The notes: generated by a model not told the origin, from the sequence alone. A DNA stretch of 64,000 nucleotides from Octopus vulgaris (GCA_951406725.2 OX597826.1:66650001-66714000), one strand, 5' to 3'. Counted from the first letter of the stretch, positions 12,540 to 26,897 are shown. A program made the numbers and translations.

Positions 12540-12845
12540 TATATAAGTTCCACATATAATCTTGTTTATTGAACAAAATTTCTAAGTCGCATATATATAG
12601 TTGCATATATTAAAAATTTACTACGGAATAAAATATATTTTTGACATATTCGACTCCATATTTTCATAATAAAATGAACGTTACAGAAGAGAATCCAATA
12701 AATATATTCAACGTATACATGTTTTTATTTCCTTTCTACAAATAAGTTCCAAGAAAATCATCTTGACCTGGTGGAGTTTTTTTTTTTCAGCGAAGGCTAA
12801 ATAAATAACCTTTTAGTACTGCTTAATAATAATAATACTAATACA

Positions 12846-12942
<97 letters not shown>

Positions 12943-13003
12943 GTTGAACTTGAAAACATTTTAATTCATATCCTACAAACTAAATATATACCTTGTTCAA
13001 TAT
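12540..13003 (+). repeat. AT-rich interspersed repeat, copy 1, with internal (TAA)n expansion
   Basis: Collinear with 16305-16702. Confidence 0.8.
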
Positions 13004-13015
13004 TTACGTCTATTA

Positions 13016-13531
13016 AGGCGGCGAGCTGGCAGAATCGTTACGCACTGGGGTCGGTGCAATCGACTTAATCCGTTTGTCTGTCCTTGTTTGTCCCCTTTGT
13101 GTTTAGTCCCTTGTGGGTAGTAAAAAAATAGGTATTTACGGCGGCGAGGTGGAAGAAACGTTGGCACGCCGAGCGAAATGCTTAGCGGTATTTCGTCTGC
13201 CGCTACGTTCTGAGTTCAAATTCCGCCGAGGTCAACTTTGCCTTTCATTCTTTGGGGTCGATTAAATAAGTACCAGTTACGCACTGGGTTCGATGTAATC
13301 GACTTAATCCGTCTGTCTGTCCTTGTTTGTCCCCTCTGTTTTTAGCCTCTTGTGGGTAGTAAAGAAATAGGTATTTCGTCTGTCTTAGCGTTCTGAGTTC
13401 AAATTCCGCCGAGGTCGACTTTACCTGGGGGGGGGGGGCGATAGATTAAGTACCAGTTGCGTACTGGGGTCAATCTAATCGACTGGTCCCCTCCCCCAAA
13501 ATTTCGGGCCTTGTGCCTAGAGTAGAAAAGA
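13016..13531 (+). mobile_element. Tandem/nested cluster of SINE family B copies
   Basis: Repeated head, core and tail modules with junctions A-rich tail|GGTATTT. Confidence 0.85.
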
Positions 13532-14097
13532 ATATTTACGTTTATTTTTTTTTGTCTGCTCCACAAATAATATTCCTAGTCAATGTTGTGTTTTCATTAT
13601 TATGATGTGGCCTTTTTGGCTGATTTGAAAGAAATGTGGCTATTTCTAGCAGGTCGAGTAACCATATTAAAGATTTCACATTTGTGAATGTATGTGTTTA
13701 TCTTTACTTTTCTTTGAGAGTGGGGCAAGAATCGATCTGGTACTCATACGAAATATACTCCGATAGTTTGTTTACTCGTAGTGTCAGATCCCCAATCACT
13801 TTTGAGTAGCTGCAATCCATTCATTATATGAAATCATTGTCGCAAGCAGTATTCTCTCATGTTGAATGTTTCTCCGTTATTATCGTTAAGATTATTATTA
13901 CTAATTCAATACTCACAGCTTTGTAGATAGCATAAAGGAAAACTTTAAACTCAAATATTTTTGTCAACTTAAAATGCTATCCTGAAAATAAAGTATATTA
14001 TAAATGCCTTAAAAAGATGAAAAGAGTGATTAACTTTACCACCTAATTTTCACATGAAAATAGATGTTACATATGGTACTCTTGATATATATGGGTA

Positions 14098-14410
14098 TTA
14101 TTGTTGTTTGTTCCTTCTCGAGCTATGTCTGGCTCATAGGGGCCGGTTTCCCCGGTTTCATTGACGTATAGGTTTCCAACCAGGACGGGACGCCGGTCCG
14201 TCGCAGGTGCGCTGATAGATGCAGGAGGAAAGAGTTAGAGACAGTTGTGGCGAAAAAGTCAGCAGAAGTGCGTCATTAGATTCTGCCGGAGTCGCGTGGA
14301 GCTTAGGTGATTCGCTCATAAACACACACACATGGCCTGGTCTGAAGTTCTAACCCGCGATCCCTCGACCGCGAGTCTGCTGCACTTACTACTAGATCAC
14401 GTGCCTCAAC
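14098..14410 (-). mobile_element. tRNA-derived SINE with V-domain-like core
   Basis: Minus strand contains CCTGCGACGGACCGGCGTCCCGTCC (V-SINE-like motif) and ends (AAC)n. Second copy at 61756-62025. Confidence 0.75.
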
Positions 14411-14519
14411 AATATATGAGTACAGGGTATTATATATGGTGTTTTTGATATATGGTGCTTAAATGGAAAAGAAAACACATCTAAAAATATACAAAAAATA
14501 TTAATTAGATTGTGGCGGG

Positions 14520-15420
14520 GAGATAGCTCAAAGTAGGTATCCTCAACGTCCATCAAAGCCTTAAGATAGCTCCGGAACGTGGAGCATCCATTCCTCGCTG
14601 TTCTCTTGGCCTTAGTGTTGCAGGCAGAGCGGTTGGTATCTTTCGCAATCCCTCCACGTATATTTATTCATTTAATTACAATCGGGGTAATTAGGGAGCC
14701 AAAAACCGGGGCTGGAGATGTCATAAAAATTCTCCGAAAACCACTTCTGACTCTTTCCGGAAGTATAGCAAAGAGCCGAATCCTGCTGCCGCACATATGA
14801 ACTTCCTGTAGCAACCCTTCGAGCCAGGGTTTGACCACAGTTTCCCGCAGCTCCACATAACCGTCTGAAATGGGTCTAGGACCCTGTTCAAGGTTGGGAT
14901 GGGGGCAGAATGACGTCACTGGAGACGATTCCCAAATACCAACAAAATTTGGAGAAACTTGGTTTCTGTGATATCCGCGTCACGTCTTACAACATTTGCG
15001 GTGTTCATCGAGCACTGAGTAGCAGTTTGTGATGGCTCACTTTTGTTATCCAGCGAATCATCATGATAAAGGTAATTGTTTTTGCCATATTCAGATGGTT
15101 TCCACTTTTCCACGTCTGCTAACTTTTTCTCAACTCCAACTTTTATCTTTCAGCTCTCCAGCGCTGCTAACTTGAAAAGTTCTTGCCGTGCTTCTCTATG
15201 TTGCTCAGCATTTTGTGTCAAAATGTGTTCTCGCTGCTCTCGAGAAAACTCTCGTACACGATATCTTCTTTTAAGATATGCTCGCACTGTTCATGAGAAT
15301 GTTGTACCAGTGATTGTCTACGTGTAGCAACGTACTGATCCGCATGTGCCTTCTTGCTCCTCTTGAAAAATTTTCTTACAAGCTGGTCTTGACGGAGTTG
15401 CATTCGCTTGTCATAGACGT
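14520..15420 (-). pseudogene. Decayed Tc1/mariner-superfamily DD37D (maT-type) transposase
   Basis: Frameshifted translation ...DGYVELRETVVKPWLE.../YVRQQDSALCYTSGKSQKWFSENFYDISSPGFWLPNYPDCN matches the QQDSAPCH...WPPNSPDCNP motifs. Interrupted by stops. Confidence 0.8.
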
Positions 15421-15455
15421 TTTTTACATTTCTCTTTCAGTCATTTTCTGTCTCC

Positions 15456-15861
15456 TATAGGCGTAGGAGTGGCTGTGTGGTAAGTAGCTTGCTAACCAAC
15501 CACATGGTTCCGGGTTCAGTCCCACTGCGCGGCACATTGGGCAAGTGTCTTCTACTATAGCCCCGGGTCGACCAAAGCTTTGTGAGTGGATTTGGTAGAC
15601 GGAAGCTGAAAGAATCCCGTCGTATATATGTATATGTGTGTCTGTGTTTGTGTATATGTTTGTGCGTCTGTGTTTGTTCCCCCAACATCGCTTGACAACC
15701 GATGCTGGTGTGTTTACGTCGCCGTAACTTTGCGGTTCGGCAAAAGAGACTGATAGAATAAGTATTAGGCTTACAAAAAATAAGTCCTGGGGTCGATTTG
15801 CTCGACTAAAAGCGGTGCTCCAGCATGGCCTCAGTCAAATGACTGAAACAAGTAAAAGAGT
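15456..15861 (+). mobile_element. SINE family A, full length
   Basis: Matches the 11361-11780 copy. Confidence 0.9.
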
Positions 15862-16304
15862 TACGTGCTGTTATATTCTTGCTTCTTCTCTGCGAGAAAC
15901 ATTGTGCTGCTCATTCTTATTTGGTCATTTTCTGAATAAATTGTGATTGAACAAAAAGCAATCGCAAATATTGGAAAAGGAAACTTATGAAATTTATGGA
16001 AATTCCTTACCTTACATGTTATATTTGCACGTAACTTCGAAACGGTTCTTTAATTTTTTTTGATATTTGACAAAGACTAAATTGGCATTTCAAAAATATT
16101 ATATTTCTACAAACATTTAATTTAACGAACTGGATATTGATTATTTTCTTATTACATTATTCCAAAATTTGATATATTTAAACTATAATTAATAAATATT
16201 ATATTCATTGGAAAGAATTATTTTGGTCGTATAGATAGGACAAAATGACTTTTCTTGTCATTTTTATAAATATAAATATAAATATAAATATATATACATA
16301 TATA

Positions 16305-16702
16305 TATATGTTCCATCATTCTTATAAATATATACTAGTTTAATGAGCAAAATTACAAAGTGCATATATATATAGTTGCATATATTGAAAATTTCCAATA
16401 GAATAAATAAATTTTTGACATCATGGACTCCATATTTTCATAATAAAATGAACATTGCAGACGAGAATCTAATAAATAAATTCAAAATATGCACTGTTTT
16501 TGTTTCGTTTCTAGAAATAAATTCCATGAAAATCAACTTGACCTGAAGCTAGCGTGTGTCGGTCGAACAGATGGAGTGTTTTTTCAGCGAAAGCTAAATA
16601 AATAATCTTTTAATACTGTTTAATAATAAATACAAAAAACGCTGAATTTGAAAACATTTAAATTCATATTCTACAAACTCAGTATATACATTGTGCAATA
16701 TC
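16305..16702 (+). repeat. AT-rich interspersed repeat, copy 2
   Basis: Collinear with 12540-13003. Confidence 0.8.
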
Positions 16703-16766
16703 TTTCTCTCTGAAAATTACTATTTTTAAATCTCACAATGTGAGATATTCAGCAACAGTACTTTGA

Positions 16767-17113
16767 AGTAAAGATTGTTTGCCAATATAACATGGCAGTC
16801 CTGGTTTAGGACTAATGTTGCTGTAAATCAGTAACTAGTTGTCACTTTGAAAACTATATATTTCGAACGGGAATTTGGCAGCGCCACCTCCAGCCGAGTA
16901 ATTATTCTGTGCCGATGAAGAGAAATAACACAGAAATCGCGATATGCAGATATTGTTTTGAGCTGAGTGGGGGTGCTTGTTCAAAAATATAAGAATATAA
17001 GGACACAGATCGTGTCGTATAGCCAACTGGAGACGATGTCTCCTGGGGCTAAATTACAGCAACATTCGTCCTAAATCAGGACTGCCATGTTATGTTGGCA
17101 AATAATCTTTACT
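16767..17113. mobile_element. MITE with about 64-bp terminal inverted repeats
   Basis: AGTAAAGATTGTTTGCCAATATAACATGGCAGTCCTGGTTTAGGAC... (16767-16831) is the near-perfect reverse complement of 17049-17113. Confidence 0.75.
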
Positions 17114-17116
17114 ACA

Positions 17117-17830
17117 ATCTTTCTGAATGAACAGTAAAGTTCCAAAGGAGCGAGATGTGATCATTTTCAAGCACTGGAGATGGCATGTGTTCCCACCAGT
17201 GCCATCAGTTTTTTCATGCGTCAGGTCCTGGTTTTTGCAGATTACCCAGTGAATATACTGTGCCGTTCTATCATGCCTGTTGAGATACTCTGTGTGGATT
17301 AGCTGCAAATGGAGACAATATGATCAATGGTTTCGTCTTATTATTTACATACTTGACATGTTGGGTAACTGACGTTCTTTATGATGTTGGCCTGATAGCT
17401 TTTTGTAGGGAAGCATTGACCCTAGGCTGCTATGATAAACCCTACTGTCTCTAGTTTTAAGCCAGAAGATGCAAACCATTGATGCGTAAGGGTTTTGTAA
17501 ACATCAGCATTATTAGCTCCCTTTGAGTATTTGCTACTGATAGGTTTTTCTTGCCATTTATCACGGAGAATATTTAGAGCAGCAGTTTTGGCAAGGGTTT
17601 TGATGCGTTTGGCTTTTTCTGTGCTTGTTCCACTACTTCAAAGTCTGGGACTTACTGTATTTGGAATTCACCGAGATAATTTCTTGCCTGTTTTGTTTCT
17701 GAGTATGCGGCTTTCTTGTTTTAGTCCTTTAAGACAAGTTTTAGCATCCAGCCATCCGAATTTTTCAGATACGTGCTTACTCCAATGATAGCAATCTTCA
17801 TTCAAGTTGTAAGAGTTCACGACCACCCTC
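17117..17830 (-). mobile_element. R4/Dong-like RLE LINE fragment (post-RT zinc-finger region)
   Basis: Translation ETVGFIIAA*GQ...YQANII...CQVC...ETIDHIVS..., EYLNRHDRTAQYIHWVICK...VLENDHISLLWNF matches C-terminal motifs of RLE-type LINEs. Confidence 0.75.
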
Positions 17831-17870
17831 TTTTTCATGGCAACTAAAGTCGTTTAATTATTTCTTAGCA

Positions 17871-17878
17871 ATTATTAA

Positions 17879-17969
<91 letters not shown>

Positions 17970-17975
17970 ATTAGT
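17871..17975. repeat. (TTA)n microsatellite
   Basis: Visible. Confidence 0.95.
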
Positions 17976-18517
17976 ATTATTACTGAGTGAAAGAGCAGCG
18001 CATGCCATCAAAGTGACACTGGGGTAAAATATATGAAGCCCAGTATACCCATCATGACTACACGTCTGATAAGGGTACACCAGGCACATGCATCACAACC
18101 ATATGTTCGCGACTTAGTGACCTTACATGAAGATAAACAGCGAACGACAGTGCAGGTGAAGCCCAGTTGGAATTTTTTCCGGTTGAGCAGTCCATTCCGC
18201 ACAAAAGGTTTCTGAATAAGGTTTGTTTAAGGATGATGTACAAAACACCTATGTTTCCAAAGGTAAATTATTCAAACCCCTAAGAATTCTTCTCAACACA
18301 TGACTATGATGCACCCCCACTACTTCTGCTCGTGATCAGAGATGCACATATCGTCAGCCTCTAAGGGACATGGTCAACTGGTTAAGGTCAAACAATTGAC
18401 AAGCAAATCTGTGGTATTGAGTAGAATATTTGCTGTAGCCCATCTTTTATACCAAGATAAAACAATTTGCATGATAACACTTCCAATCATTTAAGATCAG
18501 AATACATTAGGGCATTT

Positions 18518-18563
18518 ATCATCATCATCATCATCATCATTGTTATTGTTATTGTTGTTGTTG

Positions 18564-18600
<37 letters not shown>

Positions 18601-18755
18601 TATCACCATCATTGTTATTATTATTATTATTACTATTATTATTATTACTATTATTATTATTATCATTATTATTATTATTATTATCGTTATTATTATTATT
18701 ATTATGATGATGATCATCATCATCATCATCATCATCATCATTATTATTATTATTA
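18518..18755. repeat. Compound (ATC)n/(ATT)n/(GTT)n microsatellite
   Basis: Visible. Confidence 0.9.
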
Positions 18756-19463
18756 ATGTTTTTCCTCCTTCAATTTTCTTCCATTTCTTGCCGAGTATTT
18801 TCCGTACACCTAGGGCAAAGAAGCTCATTGTATGCATTCCCAGATTACACACGCAAATTCACAGGCTTCGATGAACAAAACACCCTTTGTAAGGTGTATA
18901 AGAAAATGAAGAGTTATACATCTTCAAACCTTGTTTATTATTCTCATTAAATTCACATTTGATTCCGATCCATCACGTGTTTCTGCTGCATACGTGTCTT
19001 AATATCCTTTGATGTAACACTTATGTGCATTTAGATGCTTTAGATGCAGTACATATTCATCCAGAGTTAACATTCCTATGCAGCTTCCCTTTGCAGTGAT
19101 CCATAATAATTCATAATGACGTCCAGATGGTTAAGTATTAATACTTTGCCCAATCAAAATAATTAGGACATTGGGCAGATAGATTGAGGCGGTAGCGTCA
19201 TTTCGTTGTGAATAGGTTTCGTCCTAGGATCCAAACTGGATTTTCCCCACTGCTTTCTGATAGAGGCTCAAAGCCAGCATTTTTGAGAGGAGGGATCAGA
19301 CGGACCCGTCGATCTCAGTCCTTGGGAAATGAAAGACAAAATTTACCTCGGTGGGATTTGAACTCAGAACGTAAAGCGACGGAGCAAATGATATAAAGCA
19401 TTTCCTCTGATGATATAACGATTCTGTCATCTCACCGCCATTATTATGTTCCATTTAAACCGT

Positions 19464-19790
19464 GAAGGCGCGTTGCTTAGTGGTTAGGGTATTCGGCTCA
19501 CAATCGTAAAGTCGTGAGTTCGATTCTCGACGACGCGTTGTGTCCTTGAGTAAGACATTTTATTTCACATTTTTCCAGTCCACTCACCTAGCAAGAATAA
19601 GTTGCACCTGTATTTCAAAGGTGTAGCCTTGTTACATTCTGTGTCACGCTGAATCATCCTGGGAACTAAGTGAAGGGCACGCGTGTCTGTGTAGTACTCA
19701 GCCACTTGCACGTTAATTTCACGAGCAGGCTGTTCCGTTGGTCGGTTCAACTGGAACCCTCGTCGTTCGTAACTGACGGAACGGCAGTTC
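19464..19790 (+). mobile_element. tRNA-derived SINE with CORE-like domain (family C)
   Basis: A box TAGTGGTTAG, B box GAGTTCGATTC, then TGTGTCCTTGAGTAAGACA...CCAGTCCACTCA. The 3' tail is shared with 51962-52349. Related heads at about 10690-10810 and 44762-45098. Confidence 0.75.
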
Positions 19791-19859
19791 CATTTAGGCT
19801 GCACGAGTCCAACAAAATTGAAAAGAGACATTTAATCGATTATATTTATCTCCTCTTGA

Positions 19860-20090
19860 AGGCGGCGAGCTGGCAGAAACGTTAGCACGCCGGGCGAAAT
19901 GCTTAGCGGTATTTCGTCTGTCGCTACGTTCTGAGTTCAAATTCCGCCGAGTTCGACTTTGCCTTTCAACCCTTCGGGGTCGATAAATTAAGTACCAGTT
20001 ACGCACTGGGGTCGATGTAATCGATTTAATCCATTTGTCTGTCCTTGTTTTTCCACTCTATGTTTAGCCCCTTGTGGGCAATAAAGAAAT
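19860..20090 (+). mobile_element. SINE family B (Meta-domain), full length
   Basis: Head, core and tail ...CCCCTTGTGGGCAATAAAGAAAT. Confidence 0.85.
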
Positions 20091-21404
20091 ATATAAATAT
20101 ATCTATCTCCTCTTTATCCCTCCTCTCAAAAGTGCTGGCTTTGTGCCTCAATCAGAAAGCAGGTGGCAAAAAATGCCTTGCGGTATTCGTTCGGCCTCTT
20201 TACCGAGGACGACCTTTGCTGTTTTTATCATCCCGGGGCCGATAAACTAAGATACCTGTCATCTCAGTCCTTGGGAAATGAAACACAAAATTGGTATCTT
20301 ATTTTGCTGATCCCCAAAACGATAAAGAGCAACGTGGACCACAGCTGGATACGAAATCAGAACTCAGTACACGTAAAGAACCGTAACAAATACCGCCGAG
20401 CATTTTGTTGGACGCTCGAACAATTTTGACAATCAACCGCTCTCATTACATGTATAATTATAATAATTATCATAATTATTTGTTGCTCTTCATTTTGCTT
20501 CTTTTGTTATTTTCTTTTTAATTATTTTCTTTTGTTTTTATAATCAGTTTTATTACAATAACTATTTAATGTTCTTCTTGTCCATGTTGTTCCATCTCTG
20601 TTTCCTATTCTTTGTGTGTGTGTTGATGTCGATGCTACTGCTGCTGCTGCTGCTGCGGCTGCTGCTGCTGCTGATGTATTTTTGAAGCTGTTGCTGTTGG
20701 CGTTGTTATTGTTGTTGTGGTTGCTGTTGTTGTTGTTCTTAATATTATTGTTACAGCATAAACTGTCTGAGTCTGCAGCAAGACATGATTAATTCACCAC
20801 ACATAATACATTAACCACTTGTCTCTAATGACTTTTGACTTCCACTTTTAATTTTTGGTCTAATTAATTAAACAACAATACACTAAAACAGACAACTAAC
20901 ACAACAACACAACAAAAACATCAACAATAACAACAACAGCCATAATATAACAGTATCAGCTAGAATTACAGAATCGACAGCTGCAACAAGATTTCCTCCT
21001 CCTCCGCCTCCTCATCGTAATCGCCACCACCACCACCACCACCACTAGCACCAGCAGCACCACTACCACCACCATCATCATCATCATCATCATCATCATG
21101 ACTACCGTCTCCTCTGCTACAACTTGGAGAATCCTCAATTATTGCAGTTTCTCCATGATCGTCACGTCACCACCGCCGCCGCAGCTACTCATCACCACCA
21201 GCACCACCACCACCACCGCCACCGCTGCCGCCGCCACCACCACCACCACCGTTGCCGCCACCTTTGCCTTCACCGCTGCTGCCACCGCTGCCGCCGCCGT
21301 CACCGCCGTCGCCACCACCACCACCACCACCACCACCACCACCACCACCACTGACACCACAAGTACAAGCACCAGCACAACCATCTCTAAAACCAGCAGC
21401 AGCA

Positions 21405-21925
21405 GCAGCAGTACCACCACCACCACCACCATCACCATCAGTACTACCACCACCACCACCACCACCATTACCAGCAGCAGTATCACCAACACCACCACCA
21501 TCACCATCAGTACTACCACCACCACCACCACCACCACCACCACCATTACCAGCAGCAGTACCACCACCACCACCACCACCATCACCATCAGTACTACCAC
21601 CACCACCACCACCACCATTACCAGCAGCAGTATCACCAACACCACCACCATCACCATCAGTACTACCACCACCACCACCACCACCATTACCAGCAGCAGT
21701 ACCACCACCACCACCACCATCACCATCAGTACTACCACCACCACCACCACCACCATTACCAGCAGCAGTATCACCAACACCACCACCATCACCATCAGTA
21801 CTACCACCACCACCACCACCACCATTACCAGCAGCAGTACCACCACCACCACCACCATCACCATCAGTACTACCACCACCACCACCACCACCATTACCAG
21901 CAGCAGTATCACCACCACCACCGCC
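21405..21925. repeat. (CAC)-derived minisatellite with about 69-78-bp units, alternating two variants
   Basis: Units begin CAGTACC or CAGTATC alternately (about 21409, 21478, 21556, 21628, 21697, 21766, 21835, 21904). Confidence 0.9.
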
Positions 21926-24246
21926 ACTACTGGCACCGTCGTACCCACCATTACCACTGACATTATTATACATCACTGCCCTACTGTCACCGCCACAACC
22001 TCTACCACCTACCACTAACTACCACTACAAGAACCATTACAACACCATTGCCATTCCCCTCATCACAAGCAATACCACAATCCATTAGTAAAATCATCAC
22101 CACACACACACACACACACCACTTCTTCTGCTACCACATCAACAATACCATCGCTAAAACTACGACAACCAACATCACCACCACTACCACCGCCAAATGA
22201 ACCTCAATCACTAACATTATACACATCAGCTTAGTACTACTACCAACAATGCCACTACCCTCATCACGAACAAAAATACCACTGCTACTACTACCACTAC
22301 CACCACCACCACCACCATCTTCACCTCTATGGCTACATGAGTTGCCTGGAAAATACCTTCCTGAACAACAAATACTCAGTCCATCGTATAAGAACGGCAG
22401 ATACTTCAAGGGACAAAACTCTAGCTTCAGCCCTACCCTAAGCTCTCTCTAAATTACTGTAAAGAAGTGTCTGGCAAAACTCAGAGAAACTCATATAACA
22501 CCAGAACTGTGTCCAGATGTAACACTGTACTTCGCAAGTTCCTCATCAACATTAGACCCAACCAAAAGTTGCTAGATAGGAACTGGGGAGTAGGTGGCAC
22601 TATAATTTAACTTATATTAGTATCTCATACATGTTTGCTGACACCGATTTAGTACATCGACTTTTGATTTCCTGCTTTCTGTTTAATTATATTTATACAA
22701 CCATCTGTATAACTTAATTATAAATGTTTTGAAGTCATTAACAACTGCCTGTCCATATTTTGCTGTATTTTATTTTCAACAAATATCTCATGCATATAAA
22801 AATATGCGGAGGTCTTATAAAGAAAAAACTGGGAGAAATCTCAAAGTTAAGAATTTCGAAACACTCGGAAACCATTACTGAAAGGAGAAACATCTAAACC
22901 AGGAGAGACTGTACATATACGACATTAAAAAACAAATCGTATATGTAACTCGGTTGCTTTATTTACATTGAGTCACAATTACAATTTAATTACAAGGAAA
23001 CGAAGAAAAAGAAAAAAAAGGCGAGATTAAGTAGAAAAAAATACGAGTGGAGAGTAATTGCTGTTTATATTCTGAGTTCAAATTTTCTCAGATCGACTTT
23101 ACTTTCCATCCTTTTGGGAATGATGCAATAAGTGCCAGTTGCGCACTGGGATCGATGTAATCGATTAGCTCCCTCCTCTAAAATATCGCTGGCCTTTTTG
23201 CTAAAATTTGAAACTATTATTCTACGATAATTTAATCTGATATTGGTATGGAAGAGAATTTCCATAAAAGATAGATAACCGCAGTAGAAATTTAGAAAAA
23301 TCAAACAAGCAGAAAATATAAATCTCGCAGGAACTCCGCTGTTGATATCAGTCAAATATGGCTACCTTTATTAAAATAATAAATTTAAATAATCTACAAT
23401 GATTTATTCAATCTGCACGCGTCAGTTGTATATTGGATAATAATGTTAATTCTCGCAAGAAATGGTAGCTGAAGACAGCAAGAATTGAAAGTAAGCATGC
23501 AGAGAAATAACCGTTGTTGCGAATCAAATCCGATATCAATAAGATGAAGAAGAAAAAAATACTGAGAAGGAAGGAATGAGCTCAATGCCATCATCTGGGA
23601 CAAGGATCATCTCTATAGCTTAGAATCAATTTTATGATCGATGATTTATACAAAACATCGGAAGATAGAATCATGAAAAATGGGAACATTACCAACATAG
23701 AGTCAGAAGTCTTTGTGACATTCACGATATCGAAGAAACGAGAAAAGTTATGAAGCGCCTATAAGACTGAATTTTCTAATCTGTATTTCCACTTTCTAAA
23801 ATGATAGCAGGGCATTATTTCAGGAGGATTTAAGGCGGTGAGCTCTCAGAATCGTTATAGTATCGGACTATATGCTTAGCGGCATTTATTCCGGTTTGTT
23901 GATATTTTGAGTTCAAATTTTGCCAGGTCGACTTTGCCTTTCATCGTTTTCCTTTCGATGAAGGAAATACGAGTTTCACACCTCCTGTAAAATATCGCTG
24001 GCGTTTTCCCAAAATTTAAAGCCATTATTATAGGGTAACTTAACTGCTGATATCGTGTAGGAAGATGTTGAATTGTTTTATTATTGTCTAGCCTCCCCAC
24101 AGCACCCCTGACCGAGTTGACATACGATCAAAGACATTTCTTTAACCATTAATATACCTAAGACTACATTTATCCAGTGAACCCATCATTTATTAAACAG
24201 TAGGTGGTGATTTATGGAAAATTTGGCTACTATTTCTAGCAGTTCT

Positions 24247-24483
24247 AGTTCCTTGCTTTGGGTAAAAGAAAATACAGGAGGATCAGTTAATTATGATTTT
24301 ATACAACATATTTCTCTCATTTAATTATGATTTTATTCAAGATATTCTCTTCGCAGATTCACACACTTATTGCAACGGTCCTTCAGTTTTTCTAAGCCGT
24401 ACATAAAGAACTCGGAAGGTTGGGCTTCCAATTAGGTCTTTCGCAATGCTCTTAAAGCAAGGAACTTTTCAGCACCTCTCGTA
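24247..24483 (+). mobile_element. mariner-type MITE, left TIR truncated
   Basis: Homologous to 33325-33546. Right end ...AACTTTTCAGCACCTCTCG|TA. Confidence 0.75.
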
Positions 24484-25346
24484 CATACATGCTCGAACTA
24501 ACCCAACATTGCTGTATGGACAATCAATAATTTCTTACCCCAATTTAGTAACCAAATACTTCCACAAAGTTATACTCTAGTTCTTCGCTCTTCCGACAGT
24601 CTCTCTTCTCCGCCAGTATCACAAGTGATGCTTGTTGGCTGGTCTGAGAATGATGATTAGTTGAATTTATGGATTGAAATGTGTTTCTCGGGCTGTCTGA
24701 TGAAGTACCTGACAACACCAGCGAACATTTAACTGAAAATTTTATTATTGCACATGAAGTTAAAAACTGTGTTGGTCTTTTACAAATAGTAACAACAATG
24801 ATAAAAAAATACAAAAACTGGGAATGATTATACTGTTTCGAGTTTGCGGCAAGTTTACTGATGCAGCAACATGTAGCTGCTCCACATAACTAGAAGCAGT
24901 TGTGCTACATCCATGGTGACGGAGATTCCTGTTGTCTGTCTGCCATGTGATCCAACCGTCTTCCTGGGTCGTCTGGCTGTGGCAAGAATGGAGATACATA
25001 ACGCAGCTGCCACAACATTCGGCAGTTACCGCTAAAAAATGGCATTTTTTAATAAGGACAAGAAGACATTTTTCTCTTTTATATACCTCAAAAATACAGA
25101 ATCACACTATACCGACGTTGCAGCTTTATTGCTCCGAAAATAAAAGAAGAATCCGTAAAGTTATAATTTATACTTGGAATAGTAAAGTAATTTTTTGGCG
25201 GATGAAAACTACACAGCCGAAATTTTGAAGTAGCTTTGTTTTATGAAAGCCCCGCCTCTCTCTCTCTCTCTCTATCTATCTATCTGTCTGTCTGTCTGTA
25301 TGTCTGTCTGTCTGTCTGTCTGTCTTTCTGTCTGACTGTCTCTCCC

Positions 25347-25392
<46 letters not shown>

Positions 25393-25734
25393 AAGCTACC
25401 TCTCTATCTATTTATTTACGTATTTATCTACCTCACTGTCAGTCTGGTTACCAAACACTCGCCATCCGTTGCTACACCCCACCGCATTCCACCCCTCCCC
25501 TCACCCCACACACACCACCTCTTCACTCCACAGATGCCATAACACATTACCATCAGAACGAACTCTCTACGTAGACGTTGTACACCGAAGAAAAAAAATA
25601 TAAAACATCACTGAACCACAAAATCTGCAGCATTAGAAGAAATAAATAAAAAATAAAATAAAAACATCACGAGAAAAACGCGGAAAACAATAGTAAACGT
25701 CTTTATCAACACGTGACAGCAACCAAAAACGAAA

Positions 25735-25770
25735 GCGTACATACATACGTACGCTATACACATACACATC

Positions 25771-25845
<75 letters not shown>

Positions 25846-25878
25846 GTATATATGTATGCACACATTTTATATGATTCC

Positions 25879-25938
<60 letters not shown>

Positions 25939-26300
25939 GGAATCATATAAAATGTGTGCATACATATATACATATATACATACATACATATATACACACA
26001 CATATATACACACACGAACATATCTATATGTATATATATATATATATACATATATACATATATACATATATACATACATATGTGTATATATAAGTATGTG
26101 GTGCACATGTATGCGTATCTTTGGCTATATTTGTCTATTTTGTTTTTGGCATATGTAATGCAAACATACACACATACATACATACATAACACACATACAC
26201 ACATACATACATACATACATGTATGCGTGTGTTTGCTTAAATGTATTTGTGTATTTAGCTGTACGTATGTAAGTGTATCTGCATGCATACTGTATGTGTG

Positions 26301-26344
<44 letters not shown>

Positions 26345-26500
26345 TTATGTATGTGTGTGTATACATACATATGCATATACAGAAATATGTATGTTTGTGC
26401 TTATTAAGAGAACTGAATGTGTAGAGGCACTCTCGGACACATGCATACATACCAAAGTCATAAAAACTACCTGACACCTGTATACTCGATAACTCACACT

Positions 26501-26582
<82 letters not shown>

Positions 26583-26600
26583 CACACTCGCACACGCTTA
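25735..26600. repeat. (TA)/(CA)/(TACA) compound microsatellite field
   Basis: Visible. Confidence 0.95.
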
Positions 26601-26849
26601 TATACGCACAGATAGAGACTGACAGTCATCGTAGCAGATAAAAATAAGCGATGAAAAAATAGAAGATAAAAACCCGGCCAACATGAAATGTAGGAAAGAG
26701 AAAGTATTGTTGTTGTGTAAGAAGAACAGTTAATGTCATAATAAAAATGTATAAGCTTCTTTTTTTGTATTTTTTTTTAAAAGAAAAAAAAAACTGAGAA
26801 ATTCACTGAGAAATAATTGTGTTGTATGTTATAGTCATCACCAGTGACA

Positions 26850-26855
26850 TAGTCG

Positions 26856-26897
<42 letters not shown>

